From contig ADNK01003306.1 in NCBI GenBank assembly GCA_000320545.1, positions 1 through 51,704 on the forward strand: a DNA stretch of 51,704 nucleotides. Reading direction: 5' to 3'. Below are positions 27,350 through 39,930 of this stretch, in pieces. Made by a program: the position numbers and the translations under genes. The stretch comes from Bigelowiella natans CCMP2755. Its lineage: Eukaryota; Protista; Cercozoa. The notes beneath the pieces were generated by a model that had not been told where the DNA came from, searched no databases, and saw nothing but the letters and a program-made list of their open reading frames with translations. The stretch's first letter is position 1. The number at the start of each line of letters is the position of its first letter.

Positions 27350-27845
27350 TCGTGTCCAGGAAGCAGCATCTTAGACATGTTGCACGCATGGGCAAGTGTG
27401 CAGCTCTTCGACTCGATCCTGCAATGGATGTGCACAGTTCATGCACTTGCGTCGCGCCCAGTGAAGGCCTCCGCCTGCTAGCCTGGTCTAGAGGCCAGCG
27501 AGTGCTGTGCAAGTGCTAGCCAATCTCGAGCGCACTTGTGCACACATCATTCATGGTGGCAATGATGTCTAGATGTGTTCATCGATGGCAATGAAGTCAA
27601 CACACCGACGTGGCATGCTCCGTGCATCCGTGCATGCATGCATGTCCATGTTTGGACATGACACCTCTAGACCTGCAACACTAGCTAGCTAGCTAGCGAG
27701 CACATTCGTCTGCATGTGCTGCTCTACATGTGTGCTAGTGCAGGCGATAGGTCGCAAGCGGACGTAGTTAGGAAGTGCTTGCCTGTTTTCATCGCAAAGA
27801 ATTCCTGCAACATTGTCAAACAAACAAACAAACGTGATGATGGAC
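27350..27845. other. TpA-depleted, CTAG-sparing intergenic island 4
   Basis: Manual count 27361-27840: 15 TpA, of which 10 CTAG; the other five all contain CTA or TAG. Confidence 0.88.
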
Positions 27846-28062
27846 TACACTAGTGATCGCAACAATTTTGCAACAACTTACTACATCATTTACATCAACA
27901 TTTTACTATGAAAATGATACCAATCATCCTGTCTGAATGAGAGACAACTATTGGGTAGTGTGGTGGACAATTAGAGATACTTATGAATAGCTGGTAAAAT
28001 GTGTAAATGTTGTTATTAGTGTTGCTTTCTTTTAGCTAAGATGATGATGATGATTATGCCAG

Positions 28063-28966
28063 AAACTACTAAAAATAATAAGCGAAAATAATGATAAGCC
28101 ATCTTCGTTATTCATCATCTTCACAATCCAACCGCCCCACCTACCAAAGAAAGAGAAGAAACCCTTCTTTGCTCCTTTTAAACTGGCGGGGTCTGTGTGA
28201 CGTGTCCCGTCCCTTTTCCTCCTCCCTACAGAAGAGCAGTCACAAAACTAGAAGAATACTGCAGTGTAGAGTCATTGAACACCGTTAGCCAAGCTGCCAA
28301 TATAACCAACCACCTTTGCCCCGCCTTCGTATTATCCTCTGAACAAGCAAACTATCTATGTCCGCTGATAAGAATCCGATCGATGATATATATGGGGACT
28401 TGCCGCCACCCAAAAGCGCAGAACAAATCGCAAAAGAGAGAGAGGCTGAAATAATACTGGAAAAGAAAAAGGTTGAATAATAATACTATGATGAGAAAGT
28501 TTATCGGACTTGTGTCATCGCTAACTAATGATTGCTGTAACTGGTCAGGTTGCAGGGAAGAAGAGGGGATCTGACGTTATCTCCAACGAAACAAAGGTAT
28601 GTAAAGGAATAGCTTCCTTTATTTGATGAATGACGACTTGTGATAAAATAAAGCTGAGCAAATGATAAGCGCAGATTTGCGAGAAACAGTATTCCCTTGT
28701 CGAATCTTTAAATACTTGCATTTTAATCGCCGCAACTTTTACAACTACTACTGCTACAGGAAGAGGAAACGAAGAATAAGAAGAAAAAGAAGGAACCCGC
28801 CTGGGTTCAGGTACCTTTTCATCCTACACTTTATCATCCTACACCTTATCATCCTACACCTTATCATCAAAGTCCCAATAAATCAACACCCTAATTGTAG
28901 ATTAAAGTGTTTTTTTCAACGTTATCATAATACGGATGTACGTGTGGTATATAGCCGTTTGGACTT

Positions 28967-29008
<42 letters not shown>

Positions 29009-29681
29009 TTGCCACACGATTTCTCCTAATTCACCCAAAATTAGGTGCTGCATATAATTCGCAAGCATAAAGACTCTCGACGACCTGCCTCATGGCGGAA
29101 CCCAAAAGTGACCGACACGAAGGAAGAGGTATGTTTAACAGTAAGAATAACAGTAACAGTATTCTTTGATCTGTATTCGCCTCTTCTTTTCTCTGAGTCG
29201 TGATAGAATGGTTATACTCCAATACGCTCATAGCCACAACGTTCAGGCGCGCGCCCATGTATTTCTATACATTCTGCAACCATTGGGCAGCAGCCTCGAC
29301 ATTTTATTCGCCTTTCCATTTTCAAATATGTTGATGTGTATTATATTCGAGGAGTCCAATCACTACTTCTTCTGGCATCTCTATCTTTTCAGGCTACCGA
29401 GGCGTTGAAGAAGATTCGTAATCAGATACTAGCTGCGCCGAGGCTGGAAGTTGCCTTCAGGAAAATTGCGAAAGTAGGGTTTGCACCGAGAGTATGGGAG
29501 GAAATTATGAAATGCGTTGATGCATTACGTTGAATTATTATGCAGATTCATTTTAATTTGCTGCAGTGCAGCGTGATTTACCATTCTGTGTATTTTGTGT
29601 ATTTGCATACAAGTATATCTGTTTTGCCGGGCTCGTTGCATTTATAGCATATACAGAGCACACACGAACATCCCCCCCCCT

Positions 29682-29720
<39 letters not shown>

Positions 29721-30022
29721 AATGATTACAACGTCTTAATTAACTCACCACTTCAAATTGCCAGGAAGAAAGCGATTGCGGAAGTGCGAAAAAAGAAGGC
29801 GACCTGGGAAAATTCAGGCGAGGGAAAATGCAGAAGGTGATAAGGACTAGAATAGTGTTCTTTGGTCTCTGTGCTATCGTTTTGAATCCATGTGTGATAG
29901 AGTTCTGCTGTGAATCATAACCATAGGCCTTCGAAAATGCGTCTTTTGCCTTAGAAGTCGGGGAGCTCTCCGATATCATTAGCACCGATAGTGGCATGCA
30001 TATTATCCTCAGACTTCGCTAA
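28063..30022 (+). CDS. Pin1-type parvulin peptidyl-prolyl cis-trans isomerase with N-terminal extension (5' end unresolved)
   Basis: Spliced EPAWVQ|[28 protein letters not shown]|ATEALKKIR...|[24 protein letters not shown]|[31 protein letters not shown]. Contains the Pin1 basic phosphate-binding loop (K..RRP). Confidence 0.9.
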
Positions 30023-30414
30023 AAAGGCGATAACAAGCATCATAAAATCTAAACGATGGTGTGCATTCTGTTACATGCATTGTAAGTTTAACTGGACGAG
30101 AGAATCTTAGTAGACACTCTTTGGCCGCACCTCCATACCTAGTCTTGTCTCCGTACGTATATTGCTCAAAATGACAGGAGCGAGCTAGCGCAACAAAAGA
30201 GCTCGTCTCGCTCGAATGCGTGGGCATTCATTACGCTGATCGATAGTGCCTCGTCATACAATATGTATACACATGTGTCTTGCATAGAAATGCGCGACAT
30301 TGCAAACCAAAACAACAAGCATTTGATTGCATATGCATGAAACACATCACAGCGGAGACCAACGTACAGATTTAACATTAGCGCTGTAGCCCCTGCATTG
30401 CATAGCTATATATG

Positions 30415-30814
30415 AGACGGATGTAATGAAATGTTTAAATTTTTTCAATGGTCATCCTAATGTAGCTATGCAATGCAGCGGCTACGGCGCTTAAGTTGTA
30501 TCTGTTGGTTTCCTTGGTCACATGATGCATGCATGAAAATGCACGATGATTAGGTCTAGCATGGCGCGCTTCTATAATTTCTCGCGCAGCAGCTCGACTT
30601 GTTTTTTCTGCGGGTGTGAGACGCGCAGTTTCGTCATTGCGATCCATGATCGCCGTCAGTTGTTTGTTGAATCTGAGTCTCTATGGGCCGTACTTGCTGC
30701 ATTGCAGAATGTGGTCCATATCTTGCAATGTGTTGCACGCAGCGCACGTTGCATAGCTATATATACATAACGATGACCATTGAAACAAATTTAATTGATT
30801 GATTACATCCGTCT
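30415..30814. mobile_element. MITE-like element with ~65 bp imperfect terminal inverted repeats
   Basis: Left end AGACGGATGTAAT...TTCAATGGTCATC...TAGCTATGCAA; right end TTGCATAGCTA...GATGACCATTGAA...ATTACATCCGTCT. Non-coding; flanks resemble TA repeats. Confidence 0.75.
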
Positions 30815-31215
30815 TACATATGTCACTGTTGACTGCACACATCGGTGTAGGTATTGTGATAATATATACTATATTCGTGTACCATATGTGCGCTCGTATG
30901 CTTTATGCGCTGTACACGTGTGCCGTAGGACATGTGACATATCGCTACGAAGCCTGTATCGTACATGTGGAGTGGCTGTGATCATTGTGAGTCTAGGCGT
31001 TTAGCATGGACGCAACATACACATAGCACTCATCATCGATCATAAATTCCTCTCATCCTCTTCTTTATTATATAGAATATTGGTTATAAATTCAGCAGCG
31101 CCATATGTTTCAATGCAAACGAAAATGCTCCAAACTGATCAAAGTAGTGGTGCGATTGATAACTCTAGGCAATGTGGAAGAAGACGTGCTCATGGAAGAA
31201 GAACATCTAGATATT

Positions 31216-31547
31216 TTAAAGTCCTCCTCCTCTGACTTCATTTCCGAAAACGTTATCGATGAGACTGGGCATCCCACAGTAGGAACTGCGGGTCCAGCTG
31301 TTTACCATAGCTACTTCCTCACCACGAGGCAGGATTGCAAGCTTATTTGTTTTACAACAACTCCCCTGCACACCACATCGAGGACGTTAGAAGTGGGATT
31401 GTATATGCTCGTGAATGGCCAGCAGTGAGGCTGCTGATCCCATCTTTGAACAACCGTGTATAATTGTAGGACATATCTTTTTTCGAATGTTTGGTATACG
31501 AATCACCAAAAACATGCACATCAATCTCTACATCATGAGTTGTAGTA

Positions 31548-31583
<36 letters not shown>

Positions 31584-31796
31584 AATGCGGTATGAGTGAC
31601 TACTGACTTTGTTTAAAGGTCCTGCGTACATCTTGTTCCTTAGACGACCCCAATGACACCTTTGATTTCTTCATACTTCCATCCCTTCCTTCTTCCTTAC
31701 TGCTTTTGTTATTCGCTGAGCTTCGGGCTATTCTTTTCCTTTTCATCGCTGCTACTGCCTTCGATTGATCAGCCTTTTAATTGTTGAGCGGATGTA

Positions 31797-31834
<38 letters not shown>

Positions 31835-32605
31835 TGGAAGCGATCGAAGTCAACTCCAATCCATTGTACACACACAATCACATATATGCGTCCGTGCGTG
31901 CTGGACTATCATTAACGTCACTCTGTTTCCAAATGCTGTTTTCTGCATATATTTCTTTTTTATAGTGATGGATGCTAAGGAAATTGAATAGAGGAGATAA
32001 CATTACGCTTTTCCCGTTATATTATCCTGGTGCATAAATATATAATTTTCTCTGTATTCACTGTTACGAAATCACTACCTTCTCGAGGTAGAATTTTGTC
32101 TCCTTCTGTGCTTCTATGGAACTGTTTCGGATCTATATACCGGCGGATAATGCAATGATGCGAAATAATGCCATTAGGAGAACTCAAACACATTCAATGT
32201 ATATTATGAGTGACATAAATTCTACTAGCTGTTCCCTCGTATTAACATGTTCGCGTTGTTCAAACCAACATTAAAAAAAAACTTAAACAACAAGCGTTTG
32301 AGACAGTGTTAACGAGAAACATCGAAGCAACACGTCAAAGATCTGCAATGATCTACATCAAAATGAAATGAACCAATCACCATCATCATCATCATCATCA
32401 TTATCATCATCATCACTAATATCAGGCAATCATCACCTTCTGATGCTTGACTTGGCTCGCAACACTAATACATTTTCATTGGTAGAATCAAAGTGTCAAA
32501 ATATACTGAAGATCTCACTTCCCAAACCCCCTCCTTTTTTTTATCAAAAATATGATCATCAATACCATCATCATCATCATCATTATCATCATGTAAAGCA
32601 GGTCA

Positions 32606-32638
<33 letters not shown>

Positions 32639-34331
32639 ATTACGCTATCTTTTCCGTGAGGTGGTTCCACTTAAACTTTTTGAGATACTTCATATTCCAT
32701 CGATCTGCTCAATCCAGCACACAAATGAACATCAACAATAACAACAACATCAACAACAAACGAAGTAAAACGGAGAAGGAGGATGATAAAAGATGGTGAT
32801 GGCGGTGCTATGCCCCCCCCCCCCTAAACGGGGAAGAAGAAGTATTCATATAAAATTCGATGCGTCCTATATTTTCCAATGTTTGTTGGATAAAACAGCA
32901 GATCTCAAGAATTGCAATGAGCATTACCTTCAGAGTAGTAGTCCCTCTTTTTCCCACCAATGGGGGTGTTGTTAAGTGCTAAGGCCACCTACCAATGGGA
33001 GTGGATCAACGGGAGAGAAGAAGGAAATAATGACAGTATAAAAACATAATAGAAGTATGAGAAAGAGACTGAAACAAATGGATGAGTATGTTAAACAATC
33101 TTGTTGTTCAAATCTCCACACCATCATGATTATAACGGCAAGAGGACATAAAAGGTCATTTTATTTCCAGATCTCGTATCTGGTGTTCTCCTTCAGAACA
33201 GTGTTTATCTAATATGTTAGATATCCTCGTAGGTCGCCACAAAAATAGCATGCCAGGCGTAAATGATGTATTATTACCTTTTTTGCCACTTTCTTATTCG
33301 CAAATTCAACCCAACCTGTTCGCCATTTAAGTGATGATCTTAACAATATCCAATGCGTTTGCAACTACATATGCAGAATGGCTTGGCATTTCTTAACCTT
33401 CCTCTAATATTTCACTAATTGTACACGTTTCGCAGTCCACTCACAGCCTTATTGCTTATATCCCTTGCAGTCAGTGTGCGTACATGTTGCTGCTGCTTGT
33501 GTTTCTACTGGGTAAACAACCAAAATTTACGCCCTCCTATCTAGTATGTATGGAACACCGTCTGTGTGCTTGACTCTGCGGTTTTTCCGATATTTTTTCC
33601 TTTTTCTTGTTATTGCCTAAGACATATATTATCCTCTTGTTATTTTTCCTTCTCATTGAATGAGTAACACTGCCCTTCCTAATGTCGTTAGTTCCACATT
33701 GAGCATGCAAGGTATTATTAATTATGATCCGAACACCATACATACCGCATCTTCTGGTGTGAGATAAATCCTCAAAATCCTTCCATATTGTGAGAGAATA
33801 GAACGCAATTTTTGTACGCGCATAAATGGAGGAATTGTACTTAAATATACGACCCCTAAACCAAAGTAGCATTAAGTGTGAAAAGTGCATTTATCGACAT
33901 TACATTTACACCTCCTGCATGTCCTTTGTAATATACGTGTAGATCTCTTTTGAAAATCGATATTTTGAAGAAAAAGCTTCTATATCACCAGTGTTGTCAT
34001 GTTTTTCCTTAAATTTGGACAATTTCTTGACTGAAAGAGGGCCGGCGCTGCTGTTTCTTTGAAGTAGCTCCTGGTTGGTGGCAATCTTCTGATCTGCTGT
34101 CTCAATTGATTCACTCTGCCCCTCTCCTTCAATTCCACAGCTTCTGTCCCCTTCGTCCTTCGTGTTGTCCTCCCCCTCTTCCTCTTCCCCCCCCTGCCCC
34201 TTCACAAGCTCCTCCTCATCATCATCATCTTCCCTCTCGTCCTTATTTGCTTCCATGCTCTTAGCTAACTCCCAGAGCCCCCCCTTCTGGCAGAAACGCC
34301 CTGAACCCGCATTATCCTCTTCAGTGCTCAT
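31216..34331 (-). CDS. ESF2: Pre-rRNA processing protein ESF2 / activator of basal transcription 1
   Basis: Spliced NT|GVVYLSTIPPFMRVQKLRSILSQYGRILRIYLTPEDA, GWVEFANKKVAKK|VALALNNTPIGGKKRDYYSE|DRWNMKYLKKFKWNHLTEKIA. The true start may lie up to ~34558. Confidence 0.88.
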
Positions 34332-34554
34332 TTGAATACACGCAGCAGAGAGCTCATTCCTTGGGTATGGTCTTCTCCTTCTTCTTCCTTGTTGTTCTCG
34401 ATAGCTGTGTTGATCGGGGAGGAGGCTCTCAGCGGGCCGCTTCGACTGTCGACGCTGCCAACGCTATCGACTTGTACCACGAAATTAGACCAAATATTGA
34501 TCTAATAATATCTAAGCGACAACCGAATATCCTTGTCGTAACTCTCATTATCTC

Positions 34555-35626
34555 CCATGGAACGGCTCCTGCAGAACCGCTTCGTTGCGTCTCATCGCAC
34601 AAGCCGGCCCACGGGGGCTTGCTGGCTTGGACACACAAAATTCAATCGATAAAATTGGGCACGGCTCGCACCCCACGCTTGAGGTTTTCTCAAATGAACG
34701 AATGAAAGGAAAAAAGAAAGAAGCTTTGTCATTGACTGCATTTCCAAAGTGTTGCAAGACACTCGTCATTGCGCAGCGATGCGAACGCACGCTGCAAAGT
34801 GCGCGAGGTGTCTTGAACATCGCTCCCCTTGCCCACCTGCTTGAGGCACATCCAGCCATGTTGGCACCAGCTAGCCAGAGCACACCTTGTTGGCACGTCG
34901 AACAAGCACGAGTCTTGAATCTTGACCCTTGCTAGCTTGGAGGAACCCTTTCAGCCACTGCGAGGCGCACCCAGCTTGTCGCCGGCGCTTGTGCCAGTCC
35001 AGCAGCGACGTGCCCAGAGTGTGACATGCCTGGCTAGCTGACGTGTGTGTCACGTGCGCATCACATTGAAACGTCGAGATGACCACGAATCAATCTGTCC
35101 CAGTGTCAGTCGATCAATTCAATCAATCAGCTGCATCATTGGAATCATTTCTTTCACTCGATCGCCCAGTCCTGGAGTCAAGCAAGCGGACAAGTCCCAC
35201 ACACGCTAGCACGGGCGGGTGCACAGCACTTCGTTGACGCTTAAATTAATGCAAACCATAGCTCATCGCATGCTAGCATGTCCGCGCCACGTGTGCACCC
35301 TCTCTAGCTAGCTCTGGTCGTGTGCAGCAACCAGAGCACAGCGTGCTTTGCGCTGCTCCAAGCTTGCATTCTCCATTGCGCGAACGACCACTGCTGTGAT
35401 GAGTGTCATCGTGATGCGATCGTCATCAACCATGCTGCGCTGCATGCAGGCAACCAAAAACGAGTGTGTTTGATTCGTTCACATGCCATGCGAATGAGCA
35501 TTGTTGCAAAAAATTGAACGTGCCAAATGGCTAGATGGCACATGACTAGAGCAAAATTGATCCCACACCAGTCTGAACAGACCAAATGCTGCAAACAACC
35601 AGTCTCAAAGCCTCCAAATGTTGAAA
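34555..35626. other. TpA-depleted, CTAG-sparing intergenic island 6 (the clearest example)
   Basis: Manual count 34681-35640: 12 TpA in 960 bp, 9 of them CTAG. By contrast, 35941-36060 has 7 non-CTAG TpA in 120 bp. Confidence 0.9.
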
Positions 35627-38600
35627 TCATTGATGAAGTCTTTCACCTGTGACACTAAACTTGCAAATGGTCCTCATCAGCTCAGAATATTCCAAAGGTT
35701 TTTTCATGATGTGATCGAAACCGGGATTAACTCTGAACTCATCTGGCAATGCCGTCACAGCAATCACTGGAATGGTTAGAGGAATTTCACCATCCTCTCT
35801 GCCTTTGCCGTCGCTGCTATCATCGACTTTATCATTTATAATCTTCTGTCGACACTCACGTTTTGCAAGAATCTCTCCCTCTAAGCTTCGAATACTCTTC
35901 AAAATGTCCACACCGCTCATTTCTGACATGTGTGTTTCTGTTATTACCACAGGAAGAAGTTGTTTTTGCTTTGAGGATAACAGATTCCTGACTGCTTTCA
36001 ATAACACATTGCCATTGGAACATATGGTGCAGTTAACCCCAATTTTTTCTTCGCAATAACGCTTGCAGAGCATCTGTGAGAGAAAGTCATCATCTAAAAC
36101 GAAGACATGTATATTTTTTGAGACTTTCTCTTCCCCATTTCTCTGGGTTTTCTCTTTTTCAGGTTGAGACTGCTCATCGGATGTGTAAGGCAGAACGATA
36201 CCGAAGGTCGAACCTGTTCCAATTTCTATGTCAGTTGATGCATGTCTACAGTGTCTGTCAGTGTGAACAAGCATGTGCTTCTGTAATGCTAAACTAAAAA
36301 AAAAAGGATTTCACGTAGATATCAGAATACAGGTATCCGATAGACAATCCCGACGAATCTTGGAGAATTGCACACGTCATTCTGTTTCGCATTCCATGGC
36401 ATCTTCTTTCTGATTCTACTTTCAACAATCCATTGAACTACTAGTACATCACACAACCCTGTGGACTGCTGTCGACGTGGACCCATCCATCCATCTCAGC
36501 TACAATACTCTTCACGATCGCCAACCCCAACCTGATAAAACCATTTAAGAGTTGTTTAGCTCATATTTGTTGTGGTTCCAAGGCTCCACGCCCACAAATC
36601 GAATGATATCAATCTTTAATTGCTAATATTGTGAACCAAAACGACCCACTCTGCTCTTCTCTTCTTCGAATATTTGTTTCAAATTCAGTATTTGCATGGA
36701 AATATTCTCGCAACAATTAATTATTAAACGATGATCTACTAAATTATCTATTTTACTACCCGGTTCCCCCGTGCGTTCTTGCCGTACTGTCATTCTCTTG
36801 CTGAAATGGCTGGAATATTTTCTCCATCTTTTCTATATCGAAGCCACACCCCTCATCTTTCACTTGCAACAACATGTAGTGGTGTGCCATGTCCTTTCTA
36901 CCGGATGGCAAGGTACATAGACCGGGTACTAAAACACTGTTGGGTTTGGATAGCTTCCGTTCAGAAGAGATCCTCTTGGCGGAGAAAATGACCCGTTTAC
37001 TTGCGGGCGTAAACTTGATCGCGTTTGAGACAAGATTATTTAGAACTTGCGTTATCTTCATTTCTTCTATCGTTATACCGAAATGGAGAGTTGGATCTAT
37101 TTTTGTCTCTAAGATTACCTCCCTTCATAACAAAAAAGAAGAAATGAAATTAGTGAGATCATCGGAACGAAAGTAAATCGGCTACCTTCTCGATGCCAAA
37201 CTCCCCTGAAGAGAAGAGATACTTCTCAGCATCCTGTCGATGATAACTACTTGATGCTTGGGCTGAGAACTGGTGTTCTCTTTGTTCCGGGTGTTCTTAA
37301 CGGTGTAATCCAGCACTACGTCAACGGTGTTCGATAAGACCTATGGGAGACAACTCAGGGATGAGAAAGGTAAGTGCCATGTGTAAAGCACAGGAAAGAG
37401 AATAACGGAAATAGGTATATTCTTCTGATAGCCGATTGCAAATATCCCTATCCTAAACCCTTCCTCTTTACTGCTGTTTTCCAACTGTTGAAGTGTATAA
37501 TTCTTCATCGGAGTGGTAAGTAAATACTTCTGTGCGAGCAGGCATCACTACAATCCCTTAATTAAATTTCCCCAAATTAGTACATCTGCTACTGCAACAA
37601 TACAACCTTGGATCCGAATGCAATGCTATTAATACTCTCTAGATCTTCTTCTGAATACTGTCTGCTATTGTTTTCCTTCAATAATTTGCTGAATCCAACG
37701 ATGCTATTCAATGGGCTTCTCAAAACACGTGCCATATGTCTGAAGAAGTTTTCCTTATTCTGCAGAAGAAATAAAAGTAAAAGACCAAGAACAAGAAAGC
37801 TTTAGTTATTCATTTGTTCTTATTATGTTCCATCCCTATGACGTGACTTGTAGCTGTAGCACACATAGGAACAGCTCATACTGCCTACACCAACACTAAA
37901 CACCCTCTCTTCGTGTTGTCAAGGTATGCTACTCAATTAGAACCACACAATTTCTTCAATCCATTAGGTTGTTCGAGAGACCTTTTGAGCTTCTTCAGCT
38001 CTTTTCTTCTCCTCTTTCATGATGATCCTTTGTTCATAAATTTGCTTTCCAGTTTTTTTGAGATTCTTGAATTTCTTCCTTAACAACAGCTGGGACTTTG
38101 TAATATCTCTAAGAATATTCAATGCAATCTTTTGCGTCTCAGTTATTGTCTTTGCCTTGTCGTCAATTACGCAGAGAGTCCCTAATGATCTACCGGCAAT
38201 CGTCACCGGCATCGAGGCATAGAAACGAATTTTGGGTCCACCCGTCACGAGTGGGTTTTCAGCGAAGCGGTCGTCTTCGAGGGCATTAGGGACCACCATT
38301 ATTTTATCTGGTTGATGAATTGCGTGAGCACAAAATGCTTCGTCGCGTCCAGTGCTATCGACGTCAAGACCTAATACGAGGTAGTACACTCAGTGTTGTT
38401 TATGTGCGTTCATTTGTGTAGCAGACTAGCAGAGTTATACTATTTTTTCAAGCCTTCTACACATTACAAAAGATGAATACATACTATGTGTCAATCCACC
38501 ATCGTAGAATACTTTTGGTGCATATGCGTGTTGGCCTCCTCTCACCCTCCTCCTTCTTCTCTTGGTATCAATCGTCTACCTTTTTGGGATTTAAACCATT

Positions 38601-39637
38601 GTCGTCCTTTGTCTACAAAACTAATGGCTCCCATCCCGGTCTCGCAAACCATAGTTGCAAGCCACAGGATACTGTCGAAAACCTTCAAAATTACAGTGCA
38701 TTTTATATTTATCCTTTCTTTTCATAAAATTCCCTACTACTAAGGATATGTGTCTGTTCGCAGTGCGTTCGCAGTTCCACATTTCAAAGTATGCGACATG
38801 CACACTTGCGCCAACGATACCATTTCACATCGTCATTCAGCACCACCCCATCCATCACTTTGCGGTAATAAATGAATCTATGCAAGCCATGAATTCGTCT
38901 CAGAAATTTGAAAATAAAAGTGCTTTCGCCTTCTCCCCCATAGTGGTTGAATATCTAATTTTGGTGGTGCCTACAACCTCCTCGCGCTCGGTGTCCAAAA
39001 TATCAAGCGATTTTAGCTCAGCAATCCTTTCTTCCTCATCACTGGTTTTTTCAGCTGGGCGCCATTTCATTCGCTTCAAGTCCGGTAGCTTTTTCTGTAT
39101 TAAACAGAAACGCAGAAATGAACATACAGGACACTCTTGCGTAGTCACAACTATTCTAGGCATTTTAGCCCTATTATTTTTACAGCTGCCACGTAATTAT
39201 AAGTACTTTCTACTGACTACTGCTATATCACTATTGCTACTGCTAGCTTCTCCTACTCTCGGGCTACAATCCTAACAAACATACTACTACTACCGCGAGG
39301 TGCTCTCGTTTCTTTTCTGCTTGAAGAGGAACTTTCTGGCTGAGTTCCATGCTCCTGAATTTATTTGGCTTTTGTGCCTCCATTATGAGGCGCGCCTTGT
39401 TGATTGATTCAACCGCCTCTTTGATGCTATTCTTAATCTCTGGGTATTTCTATTTATCAGATAGTATCAGGAGGTTAAAATCTATTTTGTGAAAAGATGA
39501 CAATATCTCTTAGATTTTCTCCTGACCTTGATAAAATTGCATAGGGCTTCAGAACGCATACTACATAGTCTTTGGAGGACTTTTTTGCTCCGTTTGATGT
39601 TTTCTTTCAACTTAACTTCGCGAGTTGATGTTGACAT
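35627..39637 (-). CDS. Hybrid sensor histidine kinase-like protein (GAF-HisKA-HATPase-REC) with degenerate phospho-acceptor sites; ~10 exons
   Basis: GAF: EEERIAELKSLDILDTERE|VFDSI...ISFVDKGRQWFKS|...FCAHAI...DDRFAENPLVTGGPKIRFYA...GTLCVID. HisKA: FFRHMARVLRSPLNSIVGFS. N/G1/F/G2 boxes: QVLNNLVSNAIKFT, VKDEGCG, IFQPFQQ, GGTG|LGLAIVK. REC: VLDDD...VITETHMSEMSG...IAVTA...KKP. Confidence 0.9.
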
Positions 39638-39930
39638 GATACGCTGAGTTTTCTTTCTCTGTTGTTGTAGAAGTCTTCAAATGTTACGCCGGGGGATTCC
39701 AATTTTCGATTACCAAAGTTGAGAATCTCTTTCTAGTCTTTCCCCCATTCTTCCATTTACATTTTTCTTGTTAATGCACGATGTAATGCACCATGTGAAG
39801 ATGCAAGATACGGTTCAAACCCCCCTATGCCTTTCGAATAATTAGTGAAGGGATTTTATAGGTGCGACAATACTTATTCGGGAAAATGGAAAAGTGTTTC
39901 AGTCTCCTGACACTGAACGCTCAAAGGGAT

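Noticed and set aside
6090-35626. CpG-methylation decay or RIP as the cause of the TpG/CpA excess
   Set aside because: CpG is plentiful in the islands and TpA is lost rather than gained.
34548-35630. Cys/His-rich ORFs in the islands as real genes
   Set aside because: Loss of TpA removes TAA and most TAG stops and Tyr codons, which artificially lengthens ORFs in all frames.
37727-37729. Kinase His->Arg (CAT->CGT) as a product of the TpA process
   Set aside because: The A would be in a CpA context, and the surrounding exon is not TpA-depleted.
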